Origin: Oscillospiraceae bacterium
GTDB taxonomy: Bacteria > Bacteroidota > Bacteroidia > Bacteroidales > WCHB1-69
DNA length: 64,000 bases
Assembly (NCBI GenBank): GCA_963620035.1
Contig: CAVEXN010000003.1
Coordinates: 36,374-100,373, forward strand
Reading direction: 5' to 3'
Every line of letters starts with the position of its first letter. Position 1 is the first letter of the stretch. The position numbers were made by a program, and so were the translations under genes. The notes below the pieces were generated by a model that saw nothing but the letters and a program-made list of their open reading frames with translations, did not search any database and was not told the origin of the DNA. Below are positions 53,435 to 61,900 of the stretch, piece by piece.

Positions 53435-54481
53435 TTATCGCAAGGCGGGTTTGTAATAGGATTCGGAGAGTATATTCTGCGCTTCCGGATTTTGCATCAG
53501 TTCCAGCAGGGTAGTGCCGCTGTGGTTCTGCATATACGACTGCACTATTTTCCATCCGAAATAGCATCCCACGCGCCCTGGCGACTGGTTGCCGAAGTCG
53601 CGCGTGAACGGCGTCTCGTCCACCAGTTGCCGTATGGTCTTGTCTTCTTTGGAATAGAGTTTGTTTTTCTGTATAAGATATTGCCAAGCAGCGGCCTCGT
53701 GTCCGGTAATCCATTTCCACTGTTCGTCGGTGTAGCCGATAATGTCTTTCGGTGACGTGTTCGGGAACATGGTCTGGGTGAGAAACAGTTTTTTGCCTTC
53801 CGCAATCATATAGTCAAGTGCAGTGACGGGGGTCTTGTCTGTCATGTGGCGGTAGGCGATAGCCTTGGTGAAACAGTCGGTAGCGATGAATTTCCGCTCA
53901 CACCTTTGGGCAATATATTTCGGCATGCCGGCTTTGGCATAATTAGCGTAGTTTTTGCCTAAATACATGTCGAGGTTGATGAAGAGGTCGTTGCCATAGC
54001 CCCACACAGAGGGTACGTTGAAGTCGAGCCCCGACATCATAGTATAGACGACGGGCAAGGTGTCGTCCGGGAAATGGGAGAGATAGATCCCGAAAGCTTT
54101 GTCCAGCTCCTGTTTTTCCTTGTCAAGATCTGGAAACTCTTTTTGTGTGGCATTGTAGATTTCTTTGATGACGGGGTCGGAAAGGTAGGCTTTCAGCCCA
54201 GCCATCATAGTCTGGTTGTTCCAGCAGTTGTCGGCGATGAGGATTTCGGGCACTTGGCCGTGGAGTTTGCGGACGCTTTCAGACAGATTTTTGCTGTCGA
54301 TGGAGAAGAGCATTTGCTCATAGCGGACAGTCTTGAGGTTCACGTTTCTGGCCTCGTTTTTCTGTTCTTCGGTGCGCTGGGGCAGTGACACTTTGTTTTG
54401 TCGTTGGCAGCCGTTGCATCCGGCAGTGCCGGCAAGGAGGCCGCCGGCAAGGAGTACCATACACATCAGCCGTTTCACCAT
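53435..54481 (-). CDS. gldB: Possible nested in-frame gene: GldB-like lipoprotein from an internal ATG (54481, 54466 or 54460)
   Basis: Three in-frame ATGs precede a hydrophobic core and 'TAGC'. Resembles Flavobacterium GldB as I recall it ('SPGRVG..IGWQIV.SYM', ending 'YKP'). Confidence 0.5.
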   Translation of the reverse strand: MVKRLMCMVLLAGGLLAGTAGCNGCQRQNKVSLPQRTEEQKNEARNVNLKTVRYEQMLFSIDSKNLSESVRKLHGQVPEILIADNCWNNQTMMAGLKAYLSDPVIKEIYNATQKEFPDLDKEKQELDKAFGIYLSHFPDDTLPVVYTMMSGLDFNVPSVWGYGNDLFINLDMYLGKNYANYAKAGMPKYIAQRCERKFIATDCFTKAIAYRHMTDKTPVTALDYMIAEGKKLFLTQTMFPNTSPKDIIGYTDEQWKWITGHEAAAWQYLIQKNKLYSKEDKTIRQLVDETPFTRDFGNQSPGRVGCYFGWKIVQSYMQNHSGTTLLELMQNPEAQNILSESYYKPALR

Positions 54482-55837
54482 CTTGAGTTTCCCGGAGTAG
54501 GGTGGGTATTTGACTTTGATGTCTAACTTGCCCGGAGAGCGCATCACGCTTTTTTCGTGTGAGAAAGTGTCAAACCCGTACTTGCCGTGATAGCGTCCCA
54601 TGCCGCTGTTTCCGATGCCGCCGAACGGAATGTTGGCATTGGCGCAGTGGATGACGGTGTCGTTGATGCAGACCCCGCCGGATGAGGTTTCGCGCAGCAT
54701 CTTCTTGGCCTTTTCTGGATTCCGGGTGAAATAGTAGAGTGCCAGCGGCTTTTCGCGGCGGTTTATGAAGTCTATGACCTCATCGGTCTGTTCAAACTCT
54801 ATGAGCGGGAATATGGGTCCGAAGATTTCCTCTTGCATGGCAGGCGCGTCTGTCGGTACTTCCTCTATGACGGTAGGTTCAATGTACCGGTCTTGGAGGT
54901 CAAAGCGGCCGCCGACTACAATCCGTCCGGTGTTGAGGTAGCCTGTGAGCCGCTGCATAGCCTTGTCTGTGACTATGCGCGGATAGTCGGGCGACAGTTG
55001 CGGGTTGTGCCCGAACAGGTCGCGCACTGCCTCCTTGAAAGCTTGCAGGAAAGCAGTCTTTACCGATTGGTGCACCATCAGGTAGTCGGGGGCAATGCAG
55101 GTTTGACCGCTGTTGAGGCATTTGCCCCACACAATGCGGCGCGCGGCAACCTTGAGGTCGGCATCTTCATCGACGATGCAAGGGCTTTTGCCGCCCAGTT
55201 CGAGCGTCACAGGAGTCAGGTGCTTGGCGGCGGCCTCCATCACGATGCGCCCTAAAGCGGGACTGCCCGTAAAGAAGATATAGTCGAAACGTTCCGCCAG
55301 CAGTTTTTGGTTCACGTCACGGTGGCCGTGGAATACGGAGACCCACGTCGGAGGGAAGACCTCCTGCACGATGGTCTCGGCCAAGGCGGCGGTGGCTGGT
55401 GCGTTTGGCGAAGTCTTCAGTGCCACGCAGTTGCCTGCCGCCACCGCCGCCGCCAGCGGGTTGAACAGCAACTGGAACGGGTAGTTCCACGGCGCAATCA
55501 CCAAAGCCACCCCGTATGGCTCCCTCACGATGCGGCTGCGCGAAGGAAACAGCGAAAGCGGCGTGCCACGGTGCCTGGACTTTGACCACTTGATCATATT
55601 CCGCCTTAATGTCTTCAACTCGTGCAGCACGATGCCAGTTTCTGTAGCATACGATTCAAAGTCAGACTTGTGTAGGTCGGCAGCGAGGGCTTCCGCAATG
55701 TCTTGCTCATGCCGCTGTATGCTCGTGTAAAGTCTGTCTATCATAACCTTGCGTTGCGCAACGCTTCGGGTCCCGCCATTGCAGAAGAATTGCCGCATTA
55801 GGGATATCTTGTCTGTGATTTCAGAATCTGTCATCAT
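53435..55837 (-). CDS. 800-codon ORF: aldehyde dehydrogenase (aa 1 to ~452) continuing in frame into a GldB-like lipoprotein (aa ~453-800)
   Basis: ALDH motifs 'ELGGKSP' and 'GQTCIAPDY', with the tail '...KVKYPPYSGKLK'. There is no stop before 'MVKRLMCMVLLAGGLLAGTAGC' (signal/lipobox). The GldB-like body ends '...QSPGRVGCYFGWKIVQSYM...YYKPALR'. Confidence 0.75.
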   Translation of the reverse strand: MMTDSEITDKISLMRQFFCNGGTRSVAQRKVMIDRLYTSIQRHEQDIAEALAADLHKSDFESYATETGIVLHELKTLRRNMIKWSKSRHRGTPLSLFPSRSRIVREPYGVALVIAPWNYPFQLLFNPLAAAVAAGNCVALKTSPNAPATAALAETIVQEVFPPTWVSVFHGHRDVNQKLLAERFDYIFFTGSPALGRIVMEAAAKHLTPVTLELGGKSPCIVDEDADLKVAARRIVWGKCLNSGQTCIAPDYLMVHQSVKTAFLQAFKEAVRDLFGHNPQLSPDYPRIVTDKAMQRLTGYLNTGRIVVGGRFDLQDRYIEPTVIEEVPTDAPAMQEEIFGPIFPLIEFEQTDEVIDFINRREKPLALYYFTRNPEKAKKMLRETSSGGVCINDTVIHCANANIPFGGIGNSGMGRYHGKYGFDTFSHEKSVMRSPGKLDIKVKYPPYSGKLKMVKRLMCMVLLAGGLLAGTAGCNGCQRQNKVSLPQRTEEQKNEARNVNLKTVRYEQMLFSIDSKNLSESVRKLHGQVPEILIADNCWNNQTMMAGLKAYLSDPVIKEIYNATQKEFPDLDKEKQELDKAFGIYLSHFPDDTLPVVYTMMSGLDFNVPSVWGYGNDLFINLDMYLGKNYANYAKAGMPKYIAQRCERKFIATDCFTKAIAYRHMTDKTPVTALDYMIAEGKKLFLTQTMFPNTSPKDIIGYTDEQWKWITGHEAAAWQYLIQKNKLYSKEDKTIRQLVDETPFTRDFGNQSPGRVGCYFGWKIVQSYMQNHSGTTLLELMQNPEAQNILSESYYKPALR

Positions 55838-55911
55838 TGTAACGCTCTTTTAGGAGCGCAAAAGTACAATTTTTGTCCCCAAAGAAAAAAATGAGGTGTC
55901 AATCTTTTTTT

Positions 55912-55919
55912 TACATTTG
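55912..55919 (+). promoter_or_regulatory. Candidate -7 box TACATTTG for the giant surface-protein gene
   Basis: Matches TAnnTTTG, 76 nt upstream of the ATG at 55996. Confidence 0.45.
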
Positions 55920-55995
55920 CCGCTTCTAAAAAAATTGGTAGACCAGATATTGACTGTAACTATAACACACTAATTATCAACAAATTAAAATCGTT

Positions 55996-58900
55996 ATGAA
56001 AAAAAATCTTTTAGTATGGCTTTCGGTGCTGATGATGCTGCCGTGGGCCTTGCAGGCTCAAAGTTACTACACCGAGGACTTTGAGAGTCTGAGTTCCGGT
56101 TTGCCGACCGGGTGGACACACATTTCCTCATCGGGAACGGTGGCCGTACAGACAGCCTCAACGTATGCCTGTGGTGGCACCCACAGCCTGAAATTCTCCG
56201 GTTCTACCGAGAACATTGTGGCGATGCCGGCTCTTAATGTGGAAATCAACACCGTAGAGCTGACTTTCAGCACAAAACCGGAAGTCACTTATTCGAGTTG
56301 CGGTTCTTTTCAGGTAGGTTATGTAACCTCGTTGACGGGTTTCACCACCTTTACGCCTGTAGCCACTTACAATGTAAGTCAATTCAGTGGTTGTCAGCAA
56401 TTCACGGTCTCCTTTACGGGTGCGCCGGCAGGCAGTTACATCGCTTTCCGCCATCAGCCGCTGTCTACTTACTATTTTTGGTTTCTTGACGACATCAACG
56501 TTTCGGCAGCCCCCAGTTGTACGGCAGCCGGCGAAATTATGGCCGAAAACATCACCTACAACAGTGCAGACCTTTCCTGGACGGGCTGCGAAAGCGCCAC
56601 GGGCTATCAGGTAGCATACAGCACCGGCAGCACCCGCGACGAGAATGCCGTGGTGGTAAATGCCACTTCTTCTACTTTTGCGCTGACAAACCTCAACAGC
56701 GACACACGCTATTATGTTTGGGTACGCTCCATCTGCGGCACAGATTCTGCCCGCTGGTCCACTTCCATCAACTTTACTACACAGGTCAGCTGTTATCCTG
56801 TGGTAAATGCTTCCGCTTCGGAAATAGGCTTTGACCAGGCCCTCGTCTCCTGGAGCACGGTTGACACCATCGGTCTGCTCCCCTCTTCAGTTCAAATCGA
56901 GTACAAGTCATCCCGCGACAATGACTGGACTACAGATGTTACTACTAATGAATATTATAATCTCACCAACCTTACCCCCTCCACCTCTTACACTGTCCGT
57001 TTGCGTACGCTCTGCGACAACGACAACGATACTGCCGCTGTCAAGACGGTTACATTCACCACTACGGCACGTTGCGCAGCCGTACTGAATGCCCAAGTTG
57101 CAGAGGTTACCGGGGACAAAGCTCTCATCACATGGGACTTGAACGAGAATGTAGGTCTGGAACCCTCTTCCGTGCTGATTCAATACAAGTTGGCTAACGA
57201 GACCCAATGGACCTCCGAAACCACGACCGAGAACTACTGGTTCCTTACAGGTCTTAATCCCGGCTCCACCTACAATGTAAGCCTCCGCACGCTTTGCGAC
57301 AATGACAACGATACCGCTTCCGTGCAGTCTCTGTCGGTGTCCACCTCAATTTGTGGTGAAATCTGCGACAACCACTCCCAGAATAGTTATTATGTGCCTT
57401 TCTACAGCAATTACAATTACGGCTATTCACAAACCATCTATCCGGCCACCCAACTCGCAGGACTGGACACCATTACTGGCATTGCTTTCTATGTCAAGAC
57501 AGCGAATACCAGAAACCGTACTATCGATCTTTATATCGGACACACCAACCAAACCACGTTAAGCACCAGCAACTACATTGCTGTCGGCAATATGTCTAAA
57601 AAAACAGACAACTATACACTTGACGTGAGCACTACGGGTTGGGTTGTCATTCCGTTCAGCACTCCGTTTGTATATGACCGCAGCAGCAACATTGTTGTGG
57701 CCGTTGACAACAACACAGGCGGTTATGGTTCATTCCAATTCGCGTCTCACAATGCTACCGAAGGTAATGCCGTTTACTGGTACAGTGATTATACGAACAC
57801 GCAGCCGGGTAACCCCAATGCCGACTATAGCGGTGTGTCAGACCTTGTGCCGGACATCCGCTTCATCGGTAATTGCCTTGACCCGGACTGCGTTGCCCCG
57901 ATGGCTATGCTGACCGGCGTTACGGCCACCACCGCAGACCTTGTATGGGTTGCCGGTGATGACGAGACAGAATGGGTTGTGGAATACAAACTGAACTCCG
58001 AGACCGAATGGACGGAAGCTTCTTCTGTCACCACCACCGCTTACACCATTACTGACCTCAACACTTCATCATACTATAACTTCAGAGTAGGTTCTATCTG
58101 CACCGACGACACACTCTATACAGGAACAATTTCCGCTTGGACAGCATGTGATGCCATAGTTGCTCCGTATGCCGAGGATTTTGAGACATTCTCTACAATG
58201 GTTTCTCCGTGCTGGGAGTTCTATTCCGGTGCAGCATCTGACACGGTTACACACACTTCAGACCTGTCTGCTCCCTCAAACGGCTGGAAATTCACCAACA
58301 CATACGCTTTCGGACTCATACATGCATCTCTGAACATCTATGGAACAGACCGTTACGCATGGATGATTACGCCTGCCTTTGACTTGAGTTCGCTTAGCAC
58401 ACCGACGCTCACATTTGATATGGCTCTAACGAAATACGGCAGTTCCGACCCGATTCCAGACTCTACCCGTCAGCAGGACGACCGTTTCATTGTTCTGGTA
58501 TCTACAGACAACGGCGCCACCTGGAACATGTCCACAGCCACCATCTGGGACAACACCGCTACGGCCGCACACCGTTACGACTATATTTCCACGACAGGCG
58601 AGCAGGTGAGCATTCCGTTGGCACAGTTTGCCGGACAGACGGTACGCATCGCCTTCTACGGAGAATCAACGCAATCAGGCGGAGATAATGAATTGCACAT
58701 CGACAATCTGTCGGTTTCAGAACCTATTACTTGTCTGAAACCCAAAAACCTGGCAGCCTCTAACAGCACAAGTTCCTCTGTTGACCTGTCTTGGACAGAA
58801 ACCGGAACGGCCACCGATTGGATAGTCGAATATGTTTCCGGCACGGAAGCCCCTGTCTCCGTCAACGTTTCCGGCACGCCATCCACTACGGTTACGGGGC

Positions 58901-61900
58901 TGGAGTATAACACGGAATACACTTTCACGGTGAGAGCATACTGCGCTGAAGGCGACACCTCGGCTGTTTCAACACCTATTTCTGCAAAAACCGATTGCGG
59001 CATAGTCTCCCTCCCGTTAGACGAAAACTTTGACTCCTATCCTACCAACTACGGTTCCTATTCATTCCCTGACTGCTGGGGCCGCATCCGCGCTACTGGC
59101 ACAAACTATCCGTACATCAACACAACGAATCATAGTGCACCTAACGGACTCTATTTCTATCAGTCAACATACAGTGGGAACATAACCTCGTATGTCGTTT
59201 CTCCTGAAATAGACAACAGTGTGCAAATGAACCAACTCTTCACCCGGTTCTGGTGCAAAAAATCTTCCGGCAGCGGCTTCGTTGTTGTCGGTATTATGAG
59301 CGACCCTGCCGATGCCACTACCTTTGTGCCGGTTGACAGCATTAACGCAAACTCTACCACCTGGACAGAATATGAAGTCGATTTCTCGCAATATTCCGGC
59401 AACGGCCATTATGTAGCATACAGGAGCCAGATTGATACCCCCAACGTAACTTACTTCAGCATGTATCTTGACGATATCCACATCGACTACATTCCTACAT
59501 GTCTGCGTCCTAACGGCGTAGCCGTATCCGGCATCACCGCTTCTGCTGCCAATGTCACGATCACTCCGCGCGGCAGCGAAACGGCATGGGATGTCCTTTG
59601 CGTTGCCGATACCGTCACAGACATTGCCGATGCCGTATGGGAAACCATCACCGACACGACACACGTTTTGACAGGTCTTTCCGGCAATACTGACTATATA
59701 GTATATGTAAGAACCAACTGCGGCGATGCCACCAGCGATATGATCAACAAGGCATTCACGACAGAATGTGATGCAGAAGATGCTCCCTGGACGGAAGACT
59801 TCGCCGGATTCAACAACAGCCCTTCAGTTTGCTGGAAGAAATACACGGGACTTGCCTCCCTTGTATTCGCCGACTCCGCTATTCTTGTTTCTGGCAGCAA
59901 TTGGAAGTTCAATTCTTCTAATGTATTCAACATAGGTCATCCTAGATTGAACAATTATGGAACAAACCGATGCGACTGGCTGGTTTCACCGAACATAAAC
60001 CTCTCCGCTCTCACGGATCCGGCTCTCGTCTTTGACTTGGCTTTGACAGACTACAACAGAGAAGATGTTGCTGAAAACGCTCCGGATGACAAGTTCATGG
60101 TGATCGTCTCTACCGACGGCGGCGCCACCTGGAGTGCTGACAACGCCACCGTGTGGGGAGACTCAACTGCAAACTACCTTTATAATGAAATCCCCAACAC
60201 AGGACGTCAAGTTGTACTCTCTTTGGCACAATATGCCGGACAGACTGTCCGTATCGCTTTCTACGGCGAGTCAACGGTCAGCAACGGCGACAACGACCTC
60301 CACATTGCTAACGTAGAAGTGGGAGAGATGCCTTCTTGTTCCCGTCCTAACGACATCACGTTCACCGATGTCACCTACAACAGCGCGACTGCCCACTGGA
60401 CAGGCTGCCCAGAAGCCGACAGTTATGAAATCGTCTATGGTATCAGCAACCAGATAGATGCCGCCACAAACGTCACGGAAACCGTATTCGACACTACGAT
60501 GGCATTCCAGGATCTGCGGAGCGAAACCTCCTATTACGTATGGGTTCGCGCAGTCTGCGGCGGAGCCACTTCACAATGGAGTATGCTTTCCTCTTTCACC
60601 ACAGGAATCAGTTGCGCACCGGTAGTCAACGCACAGGTGGTTTCCGTCAGCGCAAACGCTGCGGCCATCGCCTGGGAACAGGACTTCACGGGCGGACTGC
60701 CCGTCTCCTCTGTAATGGTTTCTTACAGACAAAGCAACCAGACCACCTGGACAACGGCAACCACATCCGACAACTATTACTTCTTAAGCGGTCTCACGAG
60801 TGCCACGACCTACAACGTGCAGTTGCGTACCCTTTGCGACAACGATGCTGACACCTCTGCACTCCGCACGCTCACATTCACCACTTCCGCTTGTGGCATC
60901 GAGATTTCAGGTACGAGTTCGCAGACCAGTTACAGTTCACCGTTTTCCGCCAACTTCAAGTATGGTTATTCCCAGACTATCTACCCGGCATCAGATCTGT
61001 CAGGTCTGGACACCATCAGGGGTGTAGCCTTCTATGCCAACTCACAGAACGGCATGCCGCGCATCGTGGATGTTTATATCGCACATACGACCGAAACATC
61101 ATTGAGCACCACCAACTTCATACCTGTCGCCAACATGCAGCAGGTTGCCATTGCCCACTCGATGAACATCTCCGGCGGTTGGGTAACTATCCCATTCACT
61201 ACCCCGTTCGTCTATGACGGCACCAGCAATCTTGTTGTCGCTGTTGACAACAACACTGGTGGCTACTCTGCTTTTAACTGGAGAGGACACACCCCCACGA
61301 CGGGCAACACGGTCTATTGGTATCAAGACGGCTCCGACATTCTTCCCTCAAGTCCCGCAGCTAATAGTTCAAGCACATCTAACATTGTTCCCGACATTAC
61401 ATTCGTCACGAGTTGTGCAGAATCCGACTGCACCGCCCCGCTGCTTATTATGAGCGGCGCCACCGCCACATCAATTGACTTGGCCTGGAACGACAACTCC
61501 AGCGACAACGGTTGGGTGGTGGAATACAGAACAACGGCTCAGGCTGATTGGATTGAAGCCACCAACACGATGGCAGACAACTACACCATTACAGGACTTA
61601 CGCCTTCTACGGGATATGAAGTGCGCATCGGTTCCCTCTGCAGTACGGACACGCTCTATTCCAACATTGTGGAAACCTATACCGAATGCGCTCCCATAGC
61701 CGCTCCGTACAGCCAAGACTTCGACAGCTTCACTACGCTGCCGCGCTGCTGGGAACGCTACAGCGGCATCCCTTCAGATACGGTAACACACACGGCCAAC
61801 CTTACAGAAACGACAATTGGCTGGACATTCAGCAAGACTTCCGTATTCGGTTTGAGACATGCCGCTATTAACATCTATGGCTCAAGTATTAAATACTGGC

